A stretch of DNA of 64,000 nucleotides. Origin: an uncultured Arcobacter sp. (GTDB lineage Bacteria; Campylobacterota; Campylobacteria; Campylobacterales; Arcobacteraceae). The notes under the pieces were generated by a model that saw only the letters and a list, made by a program, of their open reading frames with translations, made no database searches and was not told the origin of the DNA. Where the stretch lies: positions 192,001 to 256,000 of the forward strand of contig OZ223300.1 of NCBI GenBank assembly GCA_965140705.1, in the 5' to 3' direction. The position numbers were made by a program, and so were the translations under genes. This document shows positions 40,847 to 51,131 of the stretch, one piece after another; position 1 is the stretch's first letter; the number at the start of each line of letters is the position of its first letter.

Positions 40847-41488
40847 TTATATTTTAAATATATAACCCGTATCAACGACTGTATGAATATAATCTTTTAT
40901 AAGTATTTTTCTTAGTCGTCTTATTAAACTTCTTATTGATTCTAGTGTAACAAAGTTACCTTCCCAAACATAGTTTTCTATCGCAGCATAGGTAATTACT
41001 TCATTTTTTTTAGTTAAAAAAAGATTTAATAGAAGTCTCTCTTTTTTTGTAAGTCTTACTTCTTCCTCATCTATTTTTAATAAAGAAGATTTAAAATCAA
41101 AACAATAATTTTGGTCAAAGATAATAGTTTCATTTGTAATCTTACATAGTTTTTCAATTTTTATTTCTAATTCATCTATAAAAAAAGGCTTTTTAAGATA
41201 ATCATTACATCCATAATCATATGCTTCTTTAATAATATCAAGTTCAACAGTAGAACTAATTATGATAATAGGTACTTCTGTATAATAGTCTCTGATTTTT
41301 TTAAGTATTTTTATTCCATCAATATTAGGTACATTTATATCTAATAAAAAACAATTATAACCATTTGATATGGCATCATATGCTTTTTGTCCATCATTAA
41401 AAGAATCGACTTTATATCCTTTTAATGCAAGCCTTTTAGATATTGTTTGGCTAAGTTTTGTATTATCTTCTAGGAGTAAAATTTTCAT
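40847..41488 (-). CDS. OmpR-family response regulator
   Basis: LLEDN, LLDINVPNIDG, YLKKPF and C-terminal winged helix (IRRLRK...GYIF). Confidence 0.93.
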   Translation of the reverse strand: MKILLLEDNTKLSQTISKRLALKGYKVDSFNDGQKAYDAISNGYNCFLLDINVPNIDGIKILKKIRDYYTEVPIIIISSTVELDIIKEAYDYGCNDYLKKPFFIDELEIKIEKLCKITNETIIFDQNYCFDFKSSLLKIDEEEVRLTKKERLLLNLFLTKKNEVITYAAIENYVWEGNFVTLESIRSLIRRLRKILIKDYIHTVVDTGYIFKI

Positions 41489-43683
41489 TTTAAAACCTTT
41501 TTCATTGTAGGAATTTTCATTGTAAATATAACTTTATTTTCATCATTCTTCACAAACATTTGACCTTTCATCTTATCTTCAATAATTACTTTTGCCATAT
41601 ATAATCCAATCCCAGTTCCGTCTTTTTTGGTAGTAAAGTAAGGATCAAAAATAGAATGTATTATTTTTTCATCTATTCCCCCAGCATTGTCTATTACTTC
41701 TATTATAGTGTAATTATTATTTGTATAAACATTAACTATTATTTTGCATTTATTTTCTAAAGTTTTTTCTGATATCTTATTTTTTGCATTGTTTATAAGA
41801 TTTAAGAGTACTTGTTTAAATTCATTTTTATATCCATATACTAAATATTCATTGTTATTTTCTTTATAATTTATATCAATTTTTATATTCAAATAGAAGA
41901 GTTGTTTTCCTACGATTTCTAATATGTCATTAAAAGATTGTTTTACAGAAAAATTTGTTTTTTTAGTTGAAGGTTTTAAAAAGTTTCTAAAATCACTTAG
42001 AGTTTGGGACATGTATTGAATCTGAATCATTGAACTTTTTACAAAACTTTCAACATCTTTAGTTCTTAACTCTTCTAACATATGTGAGGTTTGAATATCT
42101 TGTACTAAGGCTGATAATTCAACTAATGGCTCATTCCATTGATGTGCAATGGCCGCTACCATATCTCCCATTTCTGCTAATTTTGTTTGTTGTATTAGGA
42201 ATTGTTTTTGTTGAACTCTTTCCGTAATATCATCCATAATACAAACAATACCACCAACTTCTCCATTTATATTCTCATAAGGGGCCTTATTTAAAATGAA
42301 ATATTTCATTTGTAAGTTTGCAAAGTGTAAGACTATCTCTGAAGTATCTGTTTCTTGACTTTTTTGAATCTTTTCATCTATCTCTATATTTTTTAAAGCT
42401 ATCTCTTTTGGAAAAAAGTCAAAGGCAGTTTTTCCAATAACCTCTTGTTTTGTGATATTGAATAATTTTGCAAAAGCTAAATTAGAGCCAATAAATTTAC
42501 CATCTTTATTTTTATAGTATATCGCATTTGGTAGGGTATCTAATAAAACTTTTTCAAATTTCAAACGATTTGAAAGGTCGTTTTCAAGTTTTTTTCTTCT
42601 TTGTATATTTGCTCTCATACTAATAACCATGATTGAAAGAACAAAAATTATAGTAAAAACAATAACTATAAATTTTGTATATTTTTTATAAAATGAACTT
42701 GGTTCATTTAAAATTGTATATTTTTCATGAATATTATTTAAAGAAATATCAAATTTCTTTAGTTCGTTATAATCGAAAATGTATCGATTGGGAGATTTCT
42801 CTAAAACAGGAATTTCTTTTATATCTTTCCCATTTAAAACTTGTAAAGCCATATCTGCAACACTATTTCCTTGGGCAGTTGCTGAAGTTACTAATCCACC
42901 TACAATTCCATAGTTTAAATAAAAATCCCATAAGCCATAAATAGGGTTATTACTTATTGATTTTACTTGTTTAAGTCCCTCTTTATAAGTAAAGTTTTTC
43001 CCTGTTTTATCCTTGAAAAGAAGTACAAATAGTAAAACATCATTTTTATCTAAATCTTTAACTTTCTTTTTTAAAGTTTTCATATCCCATTGATCAATAT
43101 ATTCTACTTGGAATTTATCTTTATACTCTTTTATTATAGGTCTTAAATCCCTTTTTATTGCATAACCAGTTTTTGATTTATCATTTATAATAACAAGCTT
43201 TTTCATTTTAGGGTGAAGTTCATGTATTAGTTTAAAGTTGTTTTCCAAATCAACTTGTTCTACTACCCCTGACATATACTCTTTTATGTTATTTTCATCT
43301 AATAGGGCTTTATCAAAGTTATTGATACCACAAAATAATACAGGAGTTTTAGGAAAAAGATAGTCATGATTTTTTATCATAAATTCAAAGGCATTATTAT
43401 CACTTACAATAATTAAATCAAATTTTCTGTTTTTGAATTGCAGTTTGTAAAGTTCAGCTAGTTTGTTTAAATACATTGGATCTAAAATTCTTTTGGTATC
43501 CATATATCTAGTTGTAAGTTCTATATTCCCATGAGAGGCAAATTTCTTTTCAATAGCTTTTGAAATGTCATCACTCCATTTATATCCTTTATGGTATGAA
43601 TGGAGTAATAAAACCTCTTTATTATCAGCTGCAAAAGAAAATGTAACAAAGATTAAAAAGTACAGTAATAAAAGTTTTTTCAT
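41485..43683 (-). CDS. Sensor histidine kinase with periplasmic binding-protein-like domain and PAS
   Basis: VLLLHSYHKGYKWS periplasmic domain, TM helix, PAS, AIAHQWNEPL H-box, DNAGGI, FDPYFTTK, GTGIGL. Confidence 0.93.
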   Translation of the reverse strand: MKKLLLLYFLIFVTFSFAADNKEVLLLHSYHKGYKWSDDISKAIEKKFASHGNIELTTRYMDTKRILDPMYLNKLAELYKLQFKNRKFDLIIVSDNNAFEFMIKNHDYLFPKTPVLFCGINNFDKALLDENNIKEYMSGVVEQVDLENNFKLIHELHPKMKKLVIINDKSKTGYAIKRDLRPIIKEYKDKFQVEYIDQWDMKTLKKKVKDLDKNDVLLFVLLFKDKTGKNFTYKEGLKQVKSISNNPIYGLWDFYLNYGIVGGLVTSATAQGNSVADMALQVLNGKDIKEIPVLEKSPNRYIFDYNELKKFDISLNNIHEKYTILNEPSSFYKKYTKFIVIVFTIIFVLSIMVISMRANIQRRKKLENDLSNRLKFEKVLLDTLPNAIYYKNKDGKFIGSNLAFAKLFNITKQEVIGKTAFDFFPKEIALKNIEIDEKIQKSQETDTSEIVLHFANLQMKYFILNKAPYENINGEVGGIVCIMDDITERVQQKQFLIQQTKLAEMGDMVAAIAHQWNEPLVELSALVQDIQTSHMLEELRTKDVESFVKSSMIQIQYMSQTLSDFRNFLKPSTKKTNFSVKQSFNDILEIVGKQLFYLNIKIDINYKENNNEYLVYGYKNEFKQVLLNLINNAKNKISEKTLENKCKIIVNVYTNNNYTIIEVIDNAGGIDEKIIHSIFDPYFTTKKDGTGIGLYMAKVIIEDKMKGQMFVKNDENKVIFTMKIPTMKKVLK

Positions 43684-43701
43684 ATTGTGCTGATTATATC
43701 A

Positions 43702-44289
43702 TTATTCTACAAAAATGACATATCCAGATTTTGGACCATGTGCCCCTATTACAAGTGATTGTTCTATGTCTGCTGTTTTAGAAGGTCCTGAAACAAATAC
43801 CCCATATCCACTATTTTCAAACTCAATTTTAGTATATGCTTCATGCATATTATTTACAATATCATTTTTGTTTACTACTATTATGATATTTTGAGCTATG
43901 AAATAAAGACTTCGGTGTCTATTATTCTCATCTTTTAACCAAACTGCACCATTTTCAGCAACTGCAAAATTTCCTTTTACTATTGCTAAATCTATATCTT
44001 TTAAGTTGTGAGCATCATCTTGTGCATTTGCATCAAAATTACTTAATGAACAAAACTCAACATTTGAGTAAACTTGTCCCAATCCCTCTTTATAAAGATC
44101 TTTTATAGTTTCATCAAGTTTATCTTTTGTTGTTACAAGAGATTCTCCACCTACAGTTTTTAATACTTGACCATATTTTTCTAATTTATTTTCAAAAGTT
44201 ATTCCAAAATGGTCATATTCAGGAAGAATTTCATCTTTTACTACATTGTTTGATTTTATAGCATTTAATATCTCATCTCTACTTGACAT
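43702..44289 (-). CDS. lutC: L-lactate utilisation protein LutC/LldG
   Basis: VAENGAVW and SGPSKTADIEQSLVIGAHGP. Confidence 0.92.
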   Translation of the reverse strand: MSSRDEILNAIKSNNVVKDEILPEYDHFGITFENKLEKYGQVLKTVGGESLVTTKDKLDETIKDLYKEGLGQVYSNVEFCSLSNFDANAQDDAHNLKDIDLAIVKGNFAVAENGAVWLKDENNRHRSLYFIAQNIIIVVNKNDIVNNMHEAYTKIEFENSGYGVFVSGPSKTADIEQSLVIGAHGPKSGYVIFVE

Positions 44290-45653
44290 TATGAATCCTT
44301 TCTTTCTTTATATAATTCTTTAAAAGAGTTTTTAGGCATTTTTGGAATATCCCTTTGTTTTCCCCAAACATTTGCTTTTGAGTAAATGATAGAATCAGGT
44401 AATAATGGAATTACTTTTCTCATGATTTTTCCACCTATATTAAATAGTGTAGGGTGATCCATTACCCATGAAGTTATTTTCATAGCTACTGCTTTTTTTG
44501 TATCTATTAAATGTTGTTTAGCAAGATCTTGTCTATGTGCATAAAGTTGTGAATCCAAATCAATTTTTACAGGACATACATTTGTACATGAAGCACAAAG
44601 TGTACAAGCAAAAGGTAAAGATTTGTGCTCTTTTGGATTTCTAAATGCAGCTAAATTTGAACCAATAGGTCCTGGAATTACATATTTATAAGAGTGACCA
44701 CCACTTCTTCTATAGATTGGACAAGTATTCATACAAGCACCACATCTAATACAATTAAGTGATTTTTGATAAGTTGTATCTGCTAATATTGGAGTTCTTT
44801 TATTATCTACTATTACAATATGCATCTCTCCACCCTCAACTGGACCATGGTAATGAGAAGTATAAGAAGTAATAGCTTGACCAGTTGCACTTCTTGCTAG
44901 TAATCTTGTAAATACTGATAAGTCTTTTAGTCTAGGGATTGTTTTTTCTATACCCATAGAAGCAATATGAAGTTTAGGAACACTTGCTCCCATATCTGCA
45001 TTTCCTTCATTTGTACAAACAACTATTCCACCTGTTTCACTTATGGCAAAGTTTACACCAGTTAGTCCTGCTTGTGCTGTTAGGAAATCCTCCCTTAAAC
45101 TAGCTCTTGCAGCACGTGTAAGATAAGTAGGATCATCATTACCTTTTTCTGTTCCTAAGTGTTCGTGAAAAGTATCACTTACATCAGATTTTTTTAGGTG
45201 AATTGCAGGTAATACTATATGTGAAGGTGTCTCTTTTCTTAGTTGAACAATTCTTTCCCCTAAGTCAGTATCAATAACTTCAATTCCTCTACTTTCTAAA
45301 TAAGGATTTAAATGACACTCTTCTGTTAACATTGATTTTGATTTTACAAGTTTTGTAACATTATGAGAAGCTAAGATTTCGTGAACAATTTTATTATGTT
45401 CTTCGGCATCTTTTGCCCAATGAACAATAATTCCTTTTTTTGTAGCATTTTTTTCAAACTCTTCAAGATAAAAATCAAGTTTATGCATAGTATGAGTTTT
45501 TATATTATTTGCATATTCTCTTAATTTTTCCCATTCAGGTATCCCCTTACTTGAGATATCTCTTTTTTCTCTTACAAACCATAGTGCTTTATCATGCCAA
45601 TGCATTCTCTCATCATTGGCTACAAATTTTGCTGCTTCTTCTGGGTGACTCAT
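44289..45653 (-). CDS. lutB: L-lactate utilisation Fe-S protein LutB/LldF
   Basis: KSKSMLTEE, TDLGERIVQL, TNEGNAD, CIRCGACMNTCP and CTLCASCTNVCP. Confidence 0.95.
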   Translation of the reverse strand: MSHPEEAAKFVANDERMHWHDKALWFVREKRDISSKGIPEWEKLREYANNIKTHTMHKLDFYLEEFEKNATKKGIIVHWAKDAEEHNKIVHEILASHNVTKLVKSKSMLTEECHLNPYLESRGIEVIDTDLGERIVQLRKETPSHIVLPAIHLKKSDVSDTFHEHLGTEKGNDDPTYLTRAARASLREDFLTAQAGLTGVNFAISETGGIVVCTNEGNADMGASVPKLHIASMGIEKTIPRLKDLSVFTRLLARSATGQAITSYTSHYHGPVEGGEMHIVIVDNKRTPILADTTYQKSLNCIRCGACMNTCPIYRRSGGHSYKYVIPGPIGSNLAAFRNPKEHKSLPFACTLCASCTNVCPVKIDLDSQLYAHRQDLAKQHLIDTKKAVAMKITSWVMDHPTLFNIGGKIMRKVIPLLPDSIIYSKANVWGKQRDIPKMPKNSFKELYKERKDS

Positions 45654-46393
45654 ATTGTTTCTCCTAAAAGTATTTCACTTATGTGCATAACTTTTATAGG
45701 GTTTTTCTCCCTATTTATTATTCCTTGCATATGCATCAAACATGACATATCTGCACCAGTCATAACTTGAACATTTGAATCCATATGGTCTTTTATTCTA
45801 TCTTTTCCCATTGCAACTGATATTGCTTCTTCTGTTACACAAAAAGTACCACCGAAACCACAGCATTCATCTTCTCTGTTTAATTTAACTAATTCTATTC
45901 CCTCAACAAGTGATAAAAGATTTTCTAGTTTGTTAAAATGTGGGATGTTAAGTTCACTTGCACTTCCAAGTTTTAAAATTCTATGCCCATGACATGAATT
46001 ATGAATACCAACTTTATAATTAAATTTTGAATCCAATTTATCAATTTTTGCAATGTCATGTAAAAATTCTGTTATTTCATATATTGATGTTTTGATTTTA
46101 TTATAATCTTTATTGTCATTGAAAAATGGTTCATAATGCTCTTTTACCATGGTTACACATGAACCACTAGGCGCTACTACATAATCATATTTTTTAAAAG
46201 TATTTACAAATCTGTGTGCTAATTTTTCGATATCTTGGCTACAACCTGAATTTGCCATAGGTTGCCCACAGCAAGTCTGTTCCATTGGGTATTCTACATT
46301 AAATTTTAATTTTTCTAAAAGCTTTAACGTTGCCATTGATGCTTCTGGATAAAGCTCATTCATAAAGCAAGGTATAAATAGTCCTATAGTCAT
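45650..46393 (-). CDS. lutA: L-lactate utilisation protein LutA/LldE (CCG domains)
   Basis: QTCCGQP, PSGSC, ECCGFGGTF and DMSCLMH. Confidence 0.93.
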   Translation of the reverse strand: MTIGLFIPCFMNELYPEASMATLKLLEKLKFNVEYPMEQTCCGQPMANSGCSQDIEKLAHRFVNTFKKYDYVVAPSGSCVTMVKEHYEPFFNDNKDYNKIKTSIYEITEFLHDIAKIDKLDSKFNYKVGIHNSCHGHRILKLGSASELNIPHFNKLENLLSLVEGIELVKLNREDECCGFGGTFCVTEEAISVAMGKDRIKDHMDSNVQVMTGADMSCLMHMQGIINREKNPIKVMHISEILLGETI

Positions 46394-46416
46394 AAAAACT
46401 CCTCTTTTGATGGTAA

Positions 46417-46449
46417 ATTATATAAAATTGATATAACAATAATATGATA
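46417..46449 (-). promoter_or_regulatory. lutA promoter: tandem TATCAT-like repeats followed by -10
   Basis: Minus strand TATCAT-N5-TGTTAT-N10-TATAAT, same geometry as the dctP promoter. Confidence 0.55.
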
Positions 46450-46452
46450 TTT

Positions 46453-47022
46453 CTATTTTTTCATAAAAATTGAAAAATCATTATCTAAATAATTATCCTT
46501 TATTGTTATATTTTCTGTTAATGTTTTGACGTGTGATAATATATCTTGTGATTTAATATTAGTCAAGGAATCATTTTTTAAAAAGTTAAATATAAATCCC
46601 TTTTTTGATGCATTAAAGCACTTTTCAATAAATGTTTTAATTTCATTTTTTGTTAGAATACTTAAAGCTCCGCTACATATATAATAATCTGCTTGTTCTA
46701 ATTCATCTATAAGAATATCTGTAAGATAGAAGTTAACATTCAAAAATCTTTTACTAGCTAGCTCTATCATTTGTTTTTCACAATCAAGACCAATGTAAAA
46801 TTTTGGCTTTAAATTATTATCAAATAAATAATTATAATACTCCCCAAAACCACATCCTGCATCTATAATTGTAGAGATTTTTATTTCATCTTTTATAAAC
46901 TCTGTTAAAATCTCGAACCTTTTATATTGACTATATTGGGAGTTCCAGTGAACGCCCCTTGCACTTATGCCATATTTTTTAATAGTTCTATTATAAAAGG
47001 AATTATTGTCTTTGTGAGCCAT
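46453..47022 (-). CDS. Class I SAM-dependent methyltransferase
   Basis: IIDAGCGFG motif I and YIGLD motif II. Confidence 0.88.
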   Translation of the reverse strand: MAHKDNNSFYNRTIKKYGISARGVHWNSQYSQYKRFEILTEFIKDEIKISTIIDAGCGFGEYYNYLFDNNLKPKFYIGLDCEKQMIELASKRFLNVNFYLTDILIDELEQADYYICSGALSILTKNEIKTFIEKCFNASKKGFIFNFLKNDSLTNIKSQDILSHVKTLTENITIKDNYLDNDFSIFMKK

Positions 47023-47457
47023 TTACTTTATTTGTTCTATGATTACATTATTATCTTTTAGGAATTTTGAAACAATATCTGAATCTGTATGCTCATAAGC
47101 TTTTTGGAAAACAATTCTTTTGATTCCTGCTGCGATTAAGTTTTTTGAACACTCACTACAAGGTTCTAGTGTCACATAAATAGTTGCACCTTCTATACTT
47201 ATACCTTTTCTTGCTGCCCAAATTAATGCATTCATCTCAGCATGTATTTCATAGGTTTTTGACCAATCATGATGATCTTTTGTATATTCATCATTCCAAT
47301 GTTCTTTACAATTTACATATCCAGTTGGTGTTCCATTGTAACCTGTTGATAAAATTCTCCCATCTTTTACTATCACTGCACCAACTTGTTTTGATACACA
47401 TTTTGAAGCACTTGCTATCTCATGTGCAATATTTATAAAGTTTTTGTCACTTATCAT
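47023..47457 (-). CDS. dCMP deaminase (ComEB family)
   Basis: TGYNGTP, HAEMNAL and PCSEC zinc motifs. Confidence 0.93.
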   Translation of the reverse strand: MISDKNFINIAHEIASASKCVSKQVGAVIVKDGRILSTGYNGTPTGYVNCKEHWNDEYTKDHHDWSKTYEIHAEMNALIWAARKGISIEGATIYVTLEPCSECSKNLIAAGIKRIVFQKAYEHTDSDIVSKFLKDNNVIIEQIK

Positions 47458-47651
47458 TTTTTATCCTAAAGCATTTTCTATTTTTCTAAAAAATCAACAA
47501 TTTTTCCAAAAAATCAGTAGTTTTTTTTAAATTTTTGTTAAAAATGTACAAATTATGTTAAAAATTTCTAAATTTTATAAATTTTAAATTTATTACATTT
47601 TTATAGTTATTTGTGTATTATACCCTAAAATTTTCAAAATAAAGGCTAGAT

Positions 47652-48116
47652 ATGGAATTCAAAGATATAAAAGAATTAATTAGAGTTTTTGATAAAAGTG
47701 ATTTAAATAAATTAAAAATCAAAGATGGGGAATTTGAAATTAGTATGCAAACTGGTTTTGATGGAGGAGCTGTTGTAACAACAACTGCTGCACCTGTAGC
47801 TCAACCTACTCAAGCTGCACCAGCTCCTGTTGCAGCAAGTAATAATGTAACAACAGAAGAAGCAGCACCTATTAGTGGACTTACAATTAACTCACCAATG
47901 ATAGGAACTTTTTATGCTTCACCATCTCCTGAATCTGCTGCATTTGTAAAAGTAGGAGATACTGTAAAAGCTGGACAAACTTTATGTATTTTAGAAGCTA
48001 TGAAAATTATGAATGAAGTTGAAGCAGAATTTGATTGCAAAATTGTAAAAATATTAGTTGAAGATTCTAATCCAGTAGAATATGATATGCCACTATTTGT
48101 CGTAGAAAAAATATAA
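47652..48116 (+). CDS. accB: Acetyl-CoA carboxylase biotin carboxyl carrier protein
   Basis: SPMIGTFY, EAMKIMN biotinylation motif, Ala/Pro linker. Confidence 0.97.
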   Translation: MEFKDIKELIRVFDKSDLNKLKIKDGEFEISMQTGFDGGAVVTTTAAPVAQPTQAAPAPVAASNNVTTEEAAPISGLTINSPMIGTFYASPSPESAAFVKVGDTVKAGQTLCILEAMKIMNEVEAEFDCKIVKILVEDSNPVEYDMPLFVVEKI

Positions 48117-48128
48117 GAAAGATAAAAT

Positions 48129-49481
48129 ATGGCAGAAATAAAAAAAATCTTAATAGCTAATAGGGGAGAAATTGTTCAAAGAGCAGTTCGAACTATTAGA
48201 GAGATGGGTAAGAAATCGGTTGCAGTTTACAGTGCAGGGGATAAAGAAGCTTCATATTTAAAACATGCTGATGAAGCAGTTTGTATTGGTGGTGCTAAAT
48301 CTAGTGAATCTTATTTAAATATTCCTGCAATTATTACAGCAGCTGAAATGACTGGCTGTGATGCAATTTTCCCAGGATATGGGTTTTTATCTGAAAATCA
48401 AGATTTTGTAGAAATTTGTAGATTACACAATATTAAATTTATAGGTCCTTCTGTTGAAGTAATGGAAAAAATGGCTGATAAATCTAAAGCAAAAGAAGAG
48501 ATGGTAAGAGCAGGGGTTCCTGTTGTTCCTGGATCTAATGGAGCTGTTCACAATGTGGAAGAAGGAAGAAAAGTAGCTCGTGAAATAGGTTACCCAATCA
48601 TGGCAAAAGCATCTGCTGGTGGTGGTGGTAGAGGTATGAGACTTATTGAATCAGAAGATAAGTTTGACCAACTATTTACAGCCGCTTCTAGTGAAGCTTT
48701 AGCAGCTTTTGGTGATGGTACGATGTATTTAGAGAGATTTATTAATAATCCAAGACATATTGAAGTTCAAGTAGTAGGGGACTCTCATGGAAATGCTATT
48801 CATATAGGTGAAAGAGATTGTTCTTTACAAAGAAGACATCAAAAAGTTATTGAAGAATCACCAGCTATTTTATTAAATGATGAAACTAGAGCAAAACTTC
48901 ATGCTGTAGCAGTAAAAGCTACTAAATATTTAAAATATGAAGGTGCTGGTACATTTGAATTCTTAGCTGATGATAAACAAAATATCTATTTTATGGAGAT
49001 GAATACTAGACTTCAAGTTGAACACCCAGTTTCTGAAATGGTTTCAGGTATTGATATTGTTGAGCTTATGATTAAAGTTGCAGAAGGTGATGTTTTACCT
49101 CCTCAAGAAAAAATCAAATTTAGAGGTCATGCAATAGAGTGTAGAATTACAGCAGAAGATCCAAATACATTTTTACCAAGTCCAGGAAAAATCACTCAAT
49201 GGATGGTTCCTGGTGGAAGAAATGTAAGAGTTGATTCTCATATTTATACAAATTATGTTGTACCTCCTTATTATGACTCTATGATTGGGAAACTAATTGT
49301 ATGGGGAAGAGATAGAGAAAAAGCTATCAAAATTATGAAAAGAGCTCTAAACGAGTTCGAAGTATATGGAATCAAGACAACTATTCCTTTCCACATTAAG
49401 ATGATGGGAAATAAAGATTTCAATGATAATAACTACGATACAAAATATTTAGAACACTACAAAGGTTTAGGTGATATTTAA
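48129..49481 (+). CDS. accC: Biotin carboxylase
   Basis: ANRGEI, GGGGRG, RDCSLQRRHQK and EMNTRLQVEH. Confidence 0.97.
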   Translation: MAEIKKILIANRGEIVQRAVRTIREMGKKSVAVYSAGDKEASYLKHADEAVCIGGAKSSESYLNIPAIITAAEMTGCDAIFPGYGFLSENQDFVEICRLHNIKFIGPSVEVMEKMADKSKAKEEMVRAGVPVVPGSNGAVHNVEEGRKVAREIGYPIMAKASAGGGGRGMRLIESEDKFDQLFTAASSEALAAFGDGTMYLERFINNPRHIEVQVVGDSHGNAIHIGERDCSLQRRHQKVIEESPAILLNDETRAKLHAVAVKATKYLKYEGAGTFEFLADDKQNIYFMEMNTRLQVEHPVSEMVSGIDIVELMIKVAEGDVLPPQEKIKFRGHAIECRITAEDPNTFLPSPGKITQWMVPGGRNVRVDSHIYTNYVVPPYYDSMIGKLIVWGRDREKAIKIMKRALNEFEVYGIKTTIPFHIKMMGNKDFNDNNYDTKYLEHYKGLGDI

Positions 49482-49509
49482 CAAAAGAGCATAAAACTCT
49501 TTTGTTAAA
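49477..49509 (+). terminator. Terminator-like hairpin after accC
   Basis: TTTAACAAAAGAG/CTCTTTTGTTAAA, 13-bp perfect stem. Confidence 0.65.
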
Positions 49510-49673
49510 GCTTAAACTAATACAAATTTATATATAATCCAGCAAATATACACAATTATACTTATTACTCACTCATTTAGTTACTGTACACTTTTATAAC
49601 TAAACTGTTTTATCAAGTTTCAAACTTTTAGTTTTAAATATATACGTGTATATAAAATACACAAAGGTAATTA

Positions 49674-51131
49674 ATGAATTTCTCAGATTTCAATTTTAAA
49701 AAAGAACTACAAAAGGCTATTGATGACGCAGGTTTTATACAACCAAGTCCTATTCAAGAAGATGCTATTCCTGTAGTTTTAAGTGGTAAAGATATGGTTG
49801 GTCAAGCACAAACTGGTACTGGTAAAACAGCTGCGTTTGGACTTCCAATGATTAACATGATGAAAGGTAACTCTGGTGTTGAAGCTGTAGTTATTGTTCC
49901 AACAAGAGAGCTTGCAATGCAAGTTTCTGACGAATTATTTAGATTCGGTAAAAGTTCAGGAATGAACACAGCAACTGTTTATGGTGGTCAATCTTACTCT
50001 ATGCAGTTAAAAAATATAGATAGAGCATCAATTATTGTTGCTACTCCTGGTAGATTAATTGATTTATTAAAAGGTAAAAAAATTGATATCAAACCATCTT
50101 TCGTAGTTTTAGATGAAGCTGATGAGATGTTAGATATGGGATTTCTTGATGATATTAAAGAAATCTTTACTTATTTACCAAAAGGGAGACAAACTCTTCT
50201 TTTCTCAGCAACAATGCCTCCTGCAATTAAAAAACTTGCTCAAAATATTTTAAAAGAACCTGAGTTTATTACAGTTACTAAATCAGAAATGACTAACTCT
50301 AAAATTACTCAATTATTTTATGTAGTTGATGAATATGAAAGAGATGATGCTTTAATTAGACTTTTTGATTTCAAAAATCCTGAAAAGTCTATCATCTTTT
50401 GTCGCACAAAAAAGGAAGTTGATAGATTATCAACTTACCTAGTATCTCAAGGACATATGGCTAAAGGTCTTCATGGAGATATGGAACAAAGACAAAGAGA
50501 AGAAGTTATTAGATCTTTTAAAAAGGGTGCATTGGATGTACTTATTGCAACTGATGTGGCGGCACGTGGATTGGATGTAAATGATGTAACCCATGTATTT
50601 AATTACCATTTACCATTTGATTCAGAGTCTTATGTACATAGAATTGGAAGAACTGGAAGAGCTGGAAAAGAGGGTGTTGCTATTTCAATTGTAACTCCAC
50701 ATGAGTTTAGAATGATTCAAAAAATTCAAAAAACTACTGGTGGAAAAATGGAAGCGAAAGTTATTCCTAATATTGACTCTGTAAAAGAGAAAAAAACTAG
50801 TACTTTAAAAAGTAAAATTTCTGAACAAAAAGTTTATGATTCTGGGATATCATTAGTTGAGAGTTTAAAAGAAGAGTTTGATTTATCTACTATTGCTTTT
50901 AAATTAGCTTCAATTTTATCTGATTCTACAATTGTAAAAGGTAACAACTACATTGGTAAATCAGAGATTGATATTAAAAAACTTTTTGAACGATTAAAAG
51001 ACGACAGAGGTGATGATTCAAGAGGTCGAGGTGGTCAAAGAAGAGGAAGGTTTGGTGGCGGTAATCGAAACCGAAATGGTGGCGGTGGTAACCGAAATAG
51101 AAGTGGAGGAGGAGGAAGAAGAAGAGATTAA
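49674..51131 (+). CDS. DEAD-box RNA helicase (CsdA/CshA-like)
   Basis: AQTGTGKT, PTRELA, DEAD, SAT, ARGLD and HRIGRTGR; Gly/Arg-rich tail. Confidence 0.96.
   Translation: MNFSDFNFKKELQKAIDDAGFIQPSPIQEDAIPVVLSGKDMVGQAQTGTGKTAAFGLPMINMMKGNSGVEAVVIVPTRELAMQVSDELFRFGKSSGMNTATVYGGQSYSMQLKNIDRASIIVATPGRLIDLLKGKKIDIKPSFVVLDEADEMLDMGFLDDIKEIFTYLPKGRQTLLFSATMPPAIKKLAQNILKEPEFITVTKSEMTNSKITQLFYVVDEYERDDALIRLFDFKNPEKSIIFCRTKKEVDRLSTYLVSQGHMAKGLHGDMEQRQREEVIRSFKKGALDVLIATDVAARGLDVNDVTHVFNYHLPFDSESYVHRIGRTGRAGKEGVAISIVTPHEFRMIQKIQKTTGGKMEAKVIPNIDSVKEKKTSTLKSKISEQKVYDSGISLVESLKEEFDLSTIAFKLASILSDSTIVKGNNYIGKSEIDIKKLFERLKDDRGDDSRGRGGQRRGRFGGGNRNRNGGGGNRNRSGGGGRRRD

Noticed and set aside
47485..47530. AAAAATCA..A.TTTTTT direct repeat in the dCMP deaminase/accB divergent region
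   Set aside because: Low-complexity A/T tracts typical of these promoters; not distinguishable from background.
51010..51125. GC-rich short repeats (GGTGGCGGT..AACCGAAAT) at the helicase 3' end
   Set aside because: They simply encode the Gly/Arg/Asn-rich RNA-binding tail; not a DNA repeat element.
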